Below, one piece after another: positions 14,701 to 28,100 of a DNA stretch of 64,000 nucleotides. Positions within the stretch are counted from its first letter, which is position 1; every line of letters begins with the position of its first letter. The stretch comes from Mytilus trossulus. Taxonomy: Eukaryota. The DNA is taken from the NCBI RefSeq assembly GCF_036588685.1, contig NC_086385.1, forward strand, positions 45,717,216 to 45,781,215. Reading direction: 5' to 3'. A program made the position numbers and the translations under genes. The notes under the pieces were generated by a model that worked only from the letters and a program-made list of their open reading frames with translations, was not told where the DNA came from and did not search any database.

Positions 14701-16705
14701 AGTCAACAACACTAGAACCATTATATTTTATACAAGTATATTTACCAAGAAGATCGCCAATTGTTCTACCATTCAAAATTCGTAGCCCATCTTCTTTACA
14801 GAGCTCTATTAATAATTTGCAACTCTTTTTTGGCCTTTTATGATCAAGACTATTTCTTGGTGTACCTATATCATATACATAGCTATCATCCTCAGCATGA
14901 GGATAGATAGATTCATCAGAGTATACAAAGTCTGGTGTTGTGCTAGTGTAGGCATTAAAATCGCCTTGAATCAATACTTCACCATATTGACTATAGTTTT
15001 CTATATTACAGAGTAATTTTGAATACATTTCTTCAATATCTTTTGGTTGCCCAGAAGAATTTTCTGGGGAAAAATAGATAAAAGCAAGATATATATCTTT
15101 TGGAAGATTAAAAAACTTATGGTTTAGCTTTACCCACTGGATATCACTATGTTCATTTGGAAGCTTAGTCAAACCTTTGATCAAAGAAAGTTTGGCATAT
15201 ATTGCAATTCCACCAGAATTACGCCTTGCTTTTTATGTTTAGATCGACTACTGTTGCAAATAAGTGCATAATCTGGTATATTCAAAGTAGTTCCACTGTC
15301 ACTCCATGTTTCAATTAAATTAAATAGATGCATATTAGATATAATATTCAAAAAAGCAGGGTCCTTAATTTTGTCTTGATTTAAGCCCTGGATATTCCAT
15401 AAACCAATTTTCAGGTTATTCGTGGTCATTGTTAAAGAATCAATGATGGTAAGATGACGGGAAGTTTTGTAATAAATTGGATTTCTTAAGGCATGATTGC
15501 ATGTGTTTAGATGTTGGTTTGGTTATATGTAAAGGATCTAAATGAAGATATTAAATACCTTAATGAATGTCCTATGGTATAGGTACCTTTTAATAATAGT
15601 ATAAGAAAAAAAAAAAAAAAAAAAAAAAAGTTAACAATTTACTTTAAAGGTGCATTAAGAAGTCAATTATTGACTTTTTTGGTGTAAAGAGGGATAACTC
15701 TAATTCATAAGTAAGCTTGAATAAAAAGATTGATAAAAAGATTGATAAAAAGATACATAAAAATAAAATGAAGATATAATAACTGTTGATGATGCACAGG
15801 TAATGACTAGAATCAATGTACACAGGATATATGTAAATGATATCAAGATACATAATGGTACAAATATAATGTTATATTGATATGAAACACAATTCATATT
15901 TTCAATGTAAAATGAATAACAACCAAAAAATAATAATAAACAAAGTAAAAAAAAACCAAACCAATATACAAAAAAAATAAAATAATACAGTACTGACAGT
16001 TAACAATGAGAATCAGAATGGTTCATTAATAAAGAAAATATTTATTAGAAGTCCATTCTCTGCCTAGCTGATGGCATGTTCCAAGGTCCAAAAAGCCAAG
16101 GGTTGAAGTATGGCATGTTCAAGTTGAAGGGTGGACAAGGTGGATTTCCTAACGGTTGTTGGTATTGATTATTGTTATAATTTGGGTTTTCAATTGGTGG
16201 TTGTTATTGACTATTTCCGAGCGATTGTTGGTATTGACTATTGTTATAATTTGGGTTTTCCTTTGGTGGTTTGTATTGACTTTTTCCAAGCGATTGTTGG
16301 TATTGACTATTGTTATAATTTGGGTTTTCAATTGGTGGTTGGTATTGACCATTGTTATTGTATGGATTCCTCAGTAGTGGTTGGCCTGTATTATTGTTAT
16401 AGTATGGATTTCTGTGCGGCGGTGAGTATTGATTGTTGTTATTAATGTCAGCCTTGTTTTGTCTGTAGTTCTTTGTTTCGCCGTGATACACACTAGGTTT
16501 GTTACTAGTCCTTGGTGGTGTGTTAGCTTGCGTGAATGGGATCTTCATCTGGCGCTTCAAAAATTTCACAATTGCAGGTATACCTCTGCTGTCATTGAGG
16601 TGTACATAGTCGAAGAACATATCGTCTGTGGGTATAAAACCTTTGAGTATGTTGAAAGATGGATAGTCATGAGCTACGGATATTATCCTGTCGTTTGCTT
16701 CATCA
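11772..16705 (-). mobile_element. Non-LTR retrotransposon (RTE-X/CR1-group-like), copy 1, truncated in ORF1
   Basis: APE endonuclease motifs (WNIQGL, ETW, GDFNA, SVVDY, SDH), RT motifs (FVDLRKAFDTV, GVKQ, FADD), C-terminal CCHC-type region, TAAGA/TGATA microsatellite tail at ~11772. Confidence 0.92.
11960..15429 (-). pseudogene. LINE ORF2 (endonuclease + reverse transcriptase), frameshifted, copy 1
   Basis: Split across ORFs 15181-15429, 13571-15184, 12943-13590, 12893-13078 and 12232-12903 in different frames; 3' end approximate. Confidence 0.9.
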
Positions 16706-16979
16706 GTCAGAGCTCTGACATAAACAAGTCAGAATAAACTGACTTCTATAAGTCAGATATAATTTGATGTAAGTGTTATCTCCCTTCTTGCACTTAACAG
16801 AATATGACTTGTACGGGTCAGTTTTTGTCAGACTTTAGTTTATCATAAAATGACTTAAGCAGGTCAGCTTTTGCACATTAAAATGTGACTTTATATCTCA
16901 ATATTTTAACAAGATTTATGCCCCTTTTAGATGCATTTTGACCTACAGAAGTCAATTTTGTTCTGACTTGAAGCAGTCA
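16706..16979. promoter_or_regulatory. Subterminal array of TGAC-N8-GTCA palindromes (putative transposase/accessory-protein binding sites) after a 14-bp terminal palindrome
   Basis: GTCAGAGCTCTGAC at 16706-16719; perfect TGAC-N8-GTCA at 16716, 16740, 16805, 16851, 16939, 16964. Confidence 0.75.
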
Positions 16980-17734
16980 ATACTACAACTTTAAAAATAT
17001 ACATTTATATATTAAATAAACCGTGATTTCTTGTATATTCACCATTTGTTTACTGAATATTGTAAAATAAATAAAGAAACAAACAAACAAACAACAGTTA
17101 AGAATAAAATGTTTATTCACTGACAAGAAATAACTGTACATTTAAAAACATGTAAATGAATATAAAAACATGTAAATGAATCTAAAAAAAATACATTTAA
17201 TTATAACCATATCTGTTAAAAGTTTTTGTATAAAAGAATGTGTAAAGTAAGTGTAACAACAGCTGTGCCAAAAGTGTACTTTAAATTATTTGATTACCAG
17301 TATTTAGGAACATGTTTCTTTTGTCTTAAATATGTGATACTTAAAAATACAAAGCAAAATTAAAAAGTAAAAACACAAAAATACTGAACTCCGAGAAATA
17401 ACAAATACTCGGAGAAGGTGGCTCGGGACCGAACAATAAACACTATATATAACAACCTAATTATCCATAACATTTGTACAATCTTATCAACAAACATCCT
17501 TACGTAAATTATAAAATGGTTATGCACTTATGTTAAATGTTTTGGTACCTTAATACATATTGATAGATTATTATTTCTATTATGTAACTGAATGTATATA
17601 AGCAGTTATCAAACACAATTTCATAAAAAGGTGTATTTTTGTTAAAAAATGAATTTAGTGTGGTATATTCTATATTTGAAAATAGCATTCACATAGTTAG
17701 GAAATCCATTAAACATACATTTACATCATCACAT

Positions 17735-19735
17735 AGTGAACAAAGAAAAATAAAACATTATTGGCAGTGAGTTATAAAGTCATATCAATAAGCACTTTTT
17801 TTAAAATGTTTCTGCACCCAACTTGGCAGTGTAATTTTACAGTACCTTATCTTGACACTATTACAAAATAAGGCAAAAGTAACTGAACCCTACTTGGCAG
17901 AGTTTGAGGTCATCTTATTTAGCACTGTGCCCATCTTGGCTTTCATCATAGATATTTTAAATCACAAAAGTTGCATATAAATTTGGTGACAGTCTTTTGG
18001 GGTATTGTACAACATGTTGAAGAGTGAACAAAGAAAAATAAAACATTATTGGCAGTGAGTTATAAAGTCATATCAATAAGCACTTTTTTAAAAATGTTTC
18101 TGCACCCAACTTGGCAGTGTAATTTTACAGTACCTTATCTTGACACTATTACAAAATAAGGCAAAAGTAACTGAACCTTACTTGGCAGAGTTTGAGGTCA
18201 TCTTATTTAGCACTGTACCCATCTTGGCTTTCATCATAGATATTTTTAAATCACAAAAGTTGCATATAAATTGGGTGACAGTCTTTTGGGGTATTGTACA
18301 ACATGTTGAAGAGTGAACAAAGAAAAATAAAACATTATTGGCAGTGAGTTATAAAGTCATATCAATAAGCACTTTTTTTAAAATGTTTCTGCACCCAACT
18401 TGGCAGTGTAATTTTACAGTACCTTATCTTGACACTATTACAAAATAAGGCAAAAGTAACTGAACCCTACTTGGCAGAGTTTGAGGTCATCTTATTTAGC
18501 ACTGTGCCCATCTTGGCTTTCATCATAGATATTTTAAATCACAAAAGTTGCATATAAATTTGGTGACAGTCTTTTGGGGTATTGTACAACATGTTGAAGA
18601 GTGAACAAAGAAAAATAAAACATTATTGGCAGTGAGTTATAAAGTCATATCAATAAGCACTTTTTTAAAAATGTTTCTGCACCCAACTTGGCAGTGTAAT
18701 TTTACAGTACCTTATCTTGACACTATTACAAAATAAGGCAAAAGTAACTGAACCCTACTTGGCAGAGTTTGAGGTCATCTTATTTAGCACTGTACCCATC
18801 TTGGCTTTCATCATAGATATTTTTAAATCACAAAAGTTGCATATAAATTGGGTGACAGTCTTTTGGGGTATTGTACAACATGTTGAAGAGTGAACAAAGA
18901 AAAATAAAACATTATTGGCAGTGAGTTATAAAGTCATATCAATAAGCACTTTTTTAAAAATGTTTCTGCACCCAACTTGGCAGTGTAATTTTACAGTACC
19001 TTATCTTGACACTATTACAAAATAAGGCAAAAGTAACTGAACCCTACTTGGCAGAGTTTGAGGTCATCTTATTTAGCACTGTACCCATCTTGGCTTTCAT
19101 CATAGATATTTTTAAATCACAAAAGTTGCATATAAATTGGGTGACAGTCTTTTGGGGTATTGTACAACATGTTGAAGAGTGAACAAAGAAAAATAAAACA
19201 TTATTGGCAGTGAGTTATAAAGTCATATCAATAAGCACTTTTTTAAAAATGTTTCTGCACCCAACTTGGCAGTGTAATTTTACAGTACCTTATCTTGACA
19301 CTATTACAAAATAAGGCAAAAGTAACTGAACCCTACTTGGCAGAGTTTGAGGTCATCTTATTTAGCACTGTACCCATCTTGGCTTTCATCATAGATATTT
19401 TTAAATCACAAAAGTTGCATATAAATTGGGTGACAGTCTTTTGGGGTATTGTACAACATGTTGAAGAGTGAACAAAGAAAAATAAAACATTATTGGCAGT
19501 GAGTTATAAAGTCATATCAATAAGCACTTTTTTAAAAATGTTTCTGCACCCAACTTGGCAGTGTAATTTTACAGTACCTTATCTTGACACTATTACAAAA
19601 TAAGGCAAAAGTAACTGAACCCTACTTGGCAGAGTTTGAGGTCATCTTATTTAGCACTGTACCCATCTTGGCTTTCATCATAGATATTTTTAAATCACAA
19701 AAGTTGCATATAAATTGGGTGAAAGTCTTTTGGGG
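17735..19735. repeat. Tandem satellite, 288/289-bp unit, ~6.9 copies
   Basis: Unit start agtgaacaaagaaaaataaaacattattggcag at 17735, 18023, 18312, 18600, 18889, 19178, 19467; units nearly identical. Confidence 0.98.
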
Positions 19736-19807
19736 GACTGAGGGACTGACAGACAGACAAATGTACAACGGTACACCATAATAGGTCCCCTTTTAAAAAA
19801 AACAAGC

Positions 19808-21122
19808 TTTTTCAAAAACAAAACTATAAAAAGCACCAATAAAGACTAGATCCAACTCTTTAAAACTTAACATATACATGATATATACAAAAACTAACAT
19901 ATTTACAAACAAAACAAAAACATTTAATTTGACTTGTCAAATATAGAAATGCATATTTGAAGGTGGAGGTATGGCAAGGTCATAAAAAAAAATATTCATT
20001 TCATTGTCATTACAACATAGAAAACACCTATGAAATTGACGAATAAAACCAAAACTACACATGTTTAGAACATGATAGTTTACCAAAACAACTTTACCAC
20101 AAAAATATCTATATTGTTATGGTTTTGGCTCTTAAATATCAAAGACACTATTTCTTAAGATCAACTAATTTTTTTTTTTAATAACCTCTATTTCAAAAAG
20201 TTTCAAGACGGACACCTTCCTATTCCTTCTTTACCAAACAAAAAACAAAAAAAGCATAATAACTTTGAAAAATACGAAAGATGCATTTTTTTTATTTTGA
20301 TAATTCCTGTTCCTTTTTTCAAATTAAAGAGTTAAAAAAGCCACATCATCATACCTTCTCCTTCCCAAAAACTAAACATAATATCAGAGTCAGAATACGA
20401 CATCTCATCACATTCAAAACACAAACTAAAACCAGAGGAGAAAAAAATTGATCATACATTTTTCAAAAACAAAACTATAAAAAGCACCAATAAAGACTAG
20501 ATCCAACTCTTTAAAACTTAACATATACATGATATATACAAAAAGTAACATATATACAAACAAAACAAAAACATTTAATTTGACTTGTCAAATATAGAAA
20601 TCCATATTTGAAGGTGGAGGTATGGCAAGGTCCTTCATTTATCAATGATATTACTTTTTCTATATACTTTATCTAGACACTATAAATTAAATAAAAATAT
20701 TCATTTCATTGTAATTATGACATAGAAAACACCTATGAAATTGACGAATAAAACCCAAACTACATATGTTTAGAACATAATATTTTACGAAAACAACTTT
20801 ACAACAAAATATCTACCGGTATATTGTTATGGTTTTGGCTCTTAAATATCAAAGACACTATTTCTTAAGATCAACTAATTTGGTTGTCTTTTTTTTTTAA
20901 TAAACTCTATTTCAAAAAGTTTCAAGACGGACACCTTCCTATTCTTTCTTAACCCAAAAAAAACAAGAAAGGGTATATAACTTTGAAAAATACGAAAGAT
21001 GTATTTTTTTTATTTTGATAATTCCTGTTCCTTTTTTCAAATTAAAGAGTTAAAAAAGCCACATCATCATACCTTCTCCTTCCCAAAAACTAAACATAAT
21101 ATCAGAGTCAGAATACGACATC
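19808..21122. repeat. Tandem duplication of ~650 bp
   Basis: ttttcaaaaacaaaactataaaaagcacc...gatcatacattttt at ~19808 and ~20460, with several indels. Confidence 0.92.
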
Positions 21123-21837
21123 TCATCACATTCAAAACACAAACTAAAACCAGAGGAGAAAAAAATTGATCATACATTTTTCTAAATATCAAAAGATAAA
21201 AAAAATCTTATGAAAATTTGGCACATATGCTAGCACCATGACAATACTTCACATCTTCCCAGGAAAAATAATGCACTCATTCAGACTAAGGCTATAATAA
21301 AAAAAAATCATTCTCATCCTGTTTTAGCCAAGTTTATAGTAAAACATTGGTTAGTTTTAATATCAATTTCATTTTCAGAATGAATCACACTTGGAAATTA
21401 ACAAAATAAAAAAAACAATAACTTTAAATGTCTCTTTAAAAATATAAGAAAAATAAAGGATTTTTTTCATTATAGCCTCAATTAATTCTAAGATTATAAA
21501 ATAAACATGATATATAAAGTAAGACATTTATAAAACATGTGAAAAGTAACTAGTAACCACTTTGTGATCAGTTCTGTAATTAAAACACTGTCAATTACTT
21601 CAATATGTTCAACTTGACCTAAAAATGACCTTGACCTTAAGGACAAACTTCCCAACCAAGAATCCACCCCACATAGAGCCTCAGGAAAAGTTGCACAACA
21701 TTCGATTACACTAGGTTTTGAAAAGAGATCTTAATTTCTTAATGTAATTTTGAATAAGTTATAATGAATAATTAATAAAATATTTGTCCAAATATAAAAT
21801 CATTTTTAATTTTCAGTCAGAATTATGAGTCACAAAT

Positions 21838-21979
21838 TGACCTCAACAAGTCTGTCATATTTTGACTTTGACAAGTCAGTATTGTACACATATTTTTTTC
21901 ATAATACACTATATGATGAGAAAATGTGTTTACAATATGGACTTGTCAGAGTCAGAATATGACCGACTTATTGAGGTCA
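21838..21979. promoter_or_regulatory. Internal cluster of TGAC-N8-GTCA-type palindromes
   Basis: Sites at 21838 (GTCT end), 21863 (perfect), 21939 (GGAC start), 21964 (CGAC start); two pairs each 25 bp apart. Confidence 0.6.
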
Positions 21980-22154
21980 ATTTGTGTTAAATAAAACTTG
22001 ATGAGGAAACTTAATTTTTCAGTTAATTATCACCTGAACTGTGACTGATAATCTTAAGTACATTTAAAAAAAAACATTTTCTTACTGGTATGTTTTATTC
22101 CGAGAGCCAGAAGGATGCAAATTTAAATGGAAATATTCAAATAAAAAATATAAG

Positions 22155-25100
22155 TTATTGAAAGTATTTTTTACAGTAATTTTCATATTTTTGAAGAACC
22201 TGTTCAAAATTGTTTATGCTCCAGACTCTTCCTGAAGAGTCTCGAGCATAAATGTCAATATCAGTTTCGAATATAAATTTTTGGTCAACTGTGTCTTGAT
22301 CTTCCTTTGAAGGCCACTTGAATGAATTTTTTGAGCTGGACTGCTCCATGCAGTTAACTTGACACATCAGACCGTCCTTTCCAATGATCTGTCCCAGAAA
22401 CATTTTGTCTGAATAAGCAACACCAACATATTGTCCAACCATATTTTTTTCACCATTATCTGAAAATTTAAAATGTAGTGTAAAGGAGTATGTTCGATAA
22501 GGTCCTAAAATGGCCCCCATTTTAAGGGTAAATTTCAAATTCTGATTTATCGACCAATATCATGATAAATTATAGCTAATACATTGACTAGCTAGGATAT
22601 AAACAATTTTGTTGAAAATTTTACGTTTCTGCGTTCATTATTACGTCACAAGTTTCATGTTTCTTATGTAGATGATGTGATTCTTGAGTTCCTAAATGAA
22701 AGTCTGGTGTCTTTTATATTTTCTTATAGTATTTTTTAAAAGAAAAGTATTTCATTGGCAGTTAAAATTTTGAAATCTTTTGTAATTTATTAATTTTACC
22801 TTCATTTTCTTCTGTCTTGTTTCCTTCTGTCTTTTTTTCTTCTACGCTAAAGGTCAAAAGACCTTCTGAATTATTCACCTGAAACAAAGGAAGAAGTTTA
22901 AAAAAATGAACACTGAAAAGCTATCATTTAATACACTTTCCAAAAAATAATTTTAACTTTGCTGGTCATGCTGGTAGGATAAATGAAAAATTTATATGAT
23001 TGTCATTCAACTTCAATGGACATTTGTCTCATTGGCAATGGCTCCAACATTACTTTTTCATATATTTAAAGAGGAAAAATATTCAATTTCATCTCCATTT
23101 TTATTAAATATTAAACAAAAGTTTCATAGGCCTTACCTGGAAAAGTAAAAGATCTTGTATCATTGGATCTGCCATCTCTTCTAAAAGTTGCTCTGTTTGA
23201 GAGACAGATAACAGGCTAAAAAAAATAAAAAATATATAATTGTTTAGTAGTTATCTCCTGCTTATTTCACATCTAGTATATGTAAACAAGTTTTCCATGA
23301 AATCTTGAGTCAAATTCGTAAAATATAACAAAACAAAATGTTGTCAAGAGACTCTTATTTGGCATTAAAATAAAAAGATCATATCATAGGGAACCATTGT
23401 ACTAAGTTTCAGGTAGACTGGACTTTAACTTAATTAAAAAACTACCTTGACCAAAAATTTAATCCAAAGCAGGATGGACGGACGGATGCACAGAAGCACA
23501 AACCAAAAGACATAATGCCCCTATCCAATTAAAAGTAGGGTATAAAAAAGGTTGTGATAGGACAGTTAATTGAAAAATGTACAATCTTCTTTAAAGGCAC
23601 AATTTTTTTTATGACTACGTTTGATTTCAATAATTTTGTATTTGCAGCCATATGGTAGGTATAAATAAAAATATCAATACTTGAGCACTAATCCAAAATA
23701 TATTTTGATTACAAACCTTTCCTTCTGGCTCTCTTCCTCACTGTCTTCTACACTGAAAAATTAAAATTTGCATAATTACTTTTTGAGGGGGCAGATGGTT
23801 TTTTTTTGTCCTTCTTGATCTTGGAATTTTGCTTACTGTGCTTTGTTATTTCATGGATTTATTGTCCATGAATTATGAAAAGTGCATTTACCCTGACACA
23901 TTTTTATTTCATTTTTATAATCGTCTCTTTGATTAAGGCTTTAAATTGTTGTTTTCCTGTGAACAGTGATGAATGTGTTAAAGTATCAGACTATATAAAC
24001 ATTCCTTACAATACTTTTAATATTAAGAACAATAAATAATTGGTAATTGCATTCTTGTTAAAAATTCAATCTGTCTCTCTCTTACCCATGGCATGTGAAG
24101 TTTATGTTATTTGCTAGAAACCAGTCAAAATTTCTGAAGGAGTATTTATTTATCATGGCAAAAATATAATGTCTTGCAAGACTTTTGTAGACGTGATAGA
24201 TTTTCTATTAATTCTTGGTTATTTTCAATTCAAAAGCATATACTTACATCTCCGAGGTATGAGAACAGGTTTTCTGCTTTTTTGTCACTGGCTCATCATC
24301 CTCATCACTCTGTTCATCAAACAAGTCAGACATCTTTTTTCTTTTCTGAGGGAGATTTGATGTTGTTTCTCTACCTCTACCTCTACCTCTAATGGCTGAT
24401 GACTTTCCTCTACCCTTTCCTTTACCTCTTACCCCTCCTCTGGCATGTCCGGTGATCTGATTACTAAAGAAAATTACCAAAATGATTGAAGGGTGTTAAT
24501 AGATAAGTGATTTTTACATTTTAACTTGTTAAACAAGTAGAAACCACAAATAAATGATGTTTCGATTAAAACAATAGTTTAAAATTACTGTAAATATAAA
24601 ATAGAAGATGTAGTGTGATTGTCCACAAAAGACCAAAATGACACAGACATAAACAACTGTAGATCACTGTAAGGCCTTCAACAATGAGCAAACCCTTTCT
24701 TTTTTTGAAGAAAAGTAATAAGAATAAATACGCTGCTGTAAATTGCCAGCAATTAAGTGTGCTGCTACATTTTTAAAACTCCTTGAAATTTATCTGTTAA
24801 AAGTTGTTTCATCGTTTGTATTGTATACCTTCTATCTTTTCTTGACTCGGCATACAGAGCCCTCTTTGCTGATCTTATATCAAAATTGCTGCTACTTGGG
24901 TCATAGCTGGTGCTTGGTCTGTTGGTGTTGCTTGATTCATCATGTTCATTGCTGGTACTTGGTCTGTTAGTGTTGCTGGGTTCATTGCTGGTACTTGGTC
25001 TGTTAGTGTTGCTGGGTTCACTGCTGGTGCCTGGTCTGTTGGTGTTACATGTGGATGTTGATGGTAGTCTGAAATAAGATGCACTGTTTATTAACAAAAG

Positions 25101-28100
25101 GGCATCACAATTTAAGTTTATAAAGGTCATTCGCATTTAGACTGGTCAAAATATAACTGTAAAAATACAAATAAAATGATACACATCCAGTGTGGAATTC
25201 TTAAATTGCTAACATGAGTATATTAATCATGTGTACATTGTTAATTAACAATTCAAACCATACCACAGCATTTTGCATAGATGTTAATGTAAAGCATTCA
25301 TTTCATATTAACGTTTAAAGTAACAATCATACTTTGGTGTTTTTTTGTTGTTTTGAACCTGGGGGTTTCACAATACCAGTTCCCATTCTTAATCTATTTA
25401 TATTAATAAAGTTAAATGTGGATATTACAACTTACACATTCACATCTGCTGGTGTCACATTAATCTCCATTTGCTCCAGCATTTCTTTCTGCTCCCTGGC
25501 CAAATTTCTCCCGCTGCCGACACCAAAGTTGAAAGGATCTTTCTCTGGTGTCAGCAGAATGACTTCTTGGTCCGGGGTCACCTCAGGCATAGTTGGCAGC
25601 TTCTTCCTATGGCTGTATGGTAGTTTGTCTGTAATGGGGAGGCCTTCCGAAAAACGTTTAATCATTTCCCCATATCCAAATGCTTTAATTACTTTACTCC
25701 CCTTCCTCCTAATGAGGAAGAGGGTATCAACGGGCTCATATACCTGTTCTCTTTCCAATTTGGTTGCAAATTTTTGTAAATTTTTGACAATTCTGCTTTT
25801 TGACTTTTGTAAGGCGTTAATTTTACAGTTTCTCTCCTGGTACTTGTTGTCATAATTTCTTTTCTCCCCTGGTTTTAGTTTCTCCTCTCTACTCTCTTCC
25901 TCCTCTCTACTCTCTATAACTGAAAAAAAAGTAAATATAAACAATTGAAATTACAAACTTACAAACATATACTGTAAAATCTAGGAATGAGGTTTAAGGA
26001 CTTACAATAATTTCAAAAAGAAAAAAAAACACATTTTTTTAATTCTGTTTGTTTATTTTATGTTATAGGTTAGTCATTTAAGGTGTTACCCAACACTGTC
26101 AGTAAAATTAAAATTTGACAAAGTATTTTCTTTGACCCTTTAACAAAAATTTCCAAATTTTGGTTATATTGCAGTTTGACAAACATCAATTTTGTTCATT
26201 TAAAAGCTTAATATTCCATTAAAACAACTTAATTAACGCATTTAGCTGACTTTACAGAGTTATCTCACTGTAGTGTTAGGTACCACCTTAAGGGATATGA
26301 CATGCACAGAGTAGAGTTAATTATATATTTGCATGCATTGGTGTTGATGAAAAATTGATTTTATGATTTTTGTTCATAAATTCAGATCAATTCAATCTTA
26401 TAATTCTGAGAGCTCAAATTGTATGCATACATGTACATGCTGTATGTATGTTAATAGTGGATGATTCAAATCAAATTCAAAGTCAGGTCTCTCCTCTCAA
26501 ACATATTAATTAATAGCAATATATTTAATCCTGAAGATCATAATAAATAAATTATAAATGTCTAGTAGAATAATTATTAACTTCATATCTCATTTCTCGT
26601 ATCTCATTTCTGTTTAACAGATGGTCTTATTTGTTCCATGAATTTCAATAGTTAAAAATATCCAGAATTCGATTTTACCTTGCTTTTATGGAAAATCTGC
26701 ATCTTCTTTCCATTATTATAATGGAAAGAAGGATCATCAGGCATATTAGTGCAATGCTGATTGCCACAAAACACATAAATTCCATGCTCATGCTTTCATC
26801 TATAATAAAACATTATAATAAATAATCTTAATAATTAGACATTGATGGCAATATATAAAATAAATTCATACAATGGTAAAATTTTAAAAGAATGTTTTTT
26901 TCACCACAAGTAAAATTTAAACCAGGCTTATAATTTATATTATGGCAGACGGGCACTATAAAAGACTCATCTGATAAAAGATACATGTAAATTCAATCAG
27001 TTACTGTATGTGACCTGATTAAACACCTCCTCCCTTATAAATCAACATTTCATTTTTATAGTTAAAGCTAGAAATAAAGAATCTTTGATTCATTTTACCA
27101 AACGTGTGCATATATTTTTTTCTGCCAAAAATTGTTTTAGTTTATTGTGAAATCTATAAAAAGACTCTGAAAGAACAAAAGTTAGAAAGTTAAAATTTAG
27201 CTTATACTCATAAAAAGGCTGAATTGAAAACTAGTAACACACAAACATAAAATAATGAACATCACATGCAATTGCATAACTTAACATGCTTAAGGGAACA
27301 TAACAATATATAATTTTCATTCTGACTTCCAAGGATTTTTTTTTTTAACTCAAACAAGTCAAATCTATCTATAAAGTATGACTTTATACCTTAACCCTTT
27401 CCTCGTGAATGATGCCTTTTGATGCCTTTGTAGTACCTCAGTTAAACCACTTTGACTATGAAATGTCTGCGTAAATTTTATATCCAATATGAAAAGGATA
27501 TTCATAAGAATATCTGACTTACATTTATTTGATGAAATTTTTGTTTTTCGCAATGCATTAATACTTTAAAGCATATTTTCAGTATCTTATTGAAAAATCC
27601 TAGGCAAATCAAGAATGCAAAAAGAAACGCATTGAGGAAAGGGTTAACATGCATAGATATTAATTTGTGTATATATATAACACATGTATCATGCACATAT
27701 ATACATAAGGTGTCAGCCCTGTATAACAAATGGTTATCAAATGTCACGCTGAAGCATCTGACAACTTTTTCACATGTTTAGATGTGTATAATGCATAAAG
27801 AGAATGCCTGTCATAAATTTTTAATGAGACCTTCCCTGAGATAACCATTGGTAATACAGGATTAATGCATATTATTCAGAACATACAATATATATAGTAT
27901 TTAATGGTACAAAACATGCTAAATTATAAATACTGGCAAACATGTATATAGATAAACTGACATACATGAGAATCATACATACATTTTGTAGATGAAAATG
28001 TATACATTTCTTGAGATATAACATGCATTAATAAAATCAAACATGCCTCCAAACATTTATCATTTTGTTTATCATTACTATATAATACAAGTATCCACAA

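Larger units (their letters stand above)
11610..16705 (+). repeat. 5.1-kb direct repeat, copy 1 (LINE 3' two-thirds plus ~160 bp of flank)
   Basis: Matches 32688-37782 at offset 21078/21077. By eye only 5 substitutions (12347, 13487, 14395, 15862-15863) and a 1-nt poly(A) difference. Confidence 0.97.

Noticed and set aside
17735-19735. CRISPR-like array
   Set aside because: Units are contiguous and near-identical with no unique spacers; eukaryotic context; no cas genes.
26679-26800. Possible extra minus-strand exon encoding a hydrophobic helix (MEFMCFVAISIALICLMILLSIII)
   Set aside because: It has AG/GT ends, but its exit phase does not fit exon 2 of the accessory gene; unsupported without RNA data.
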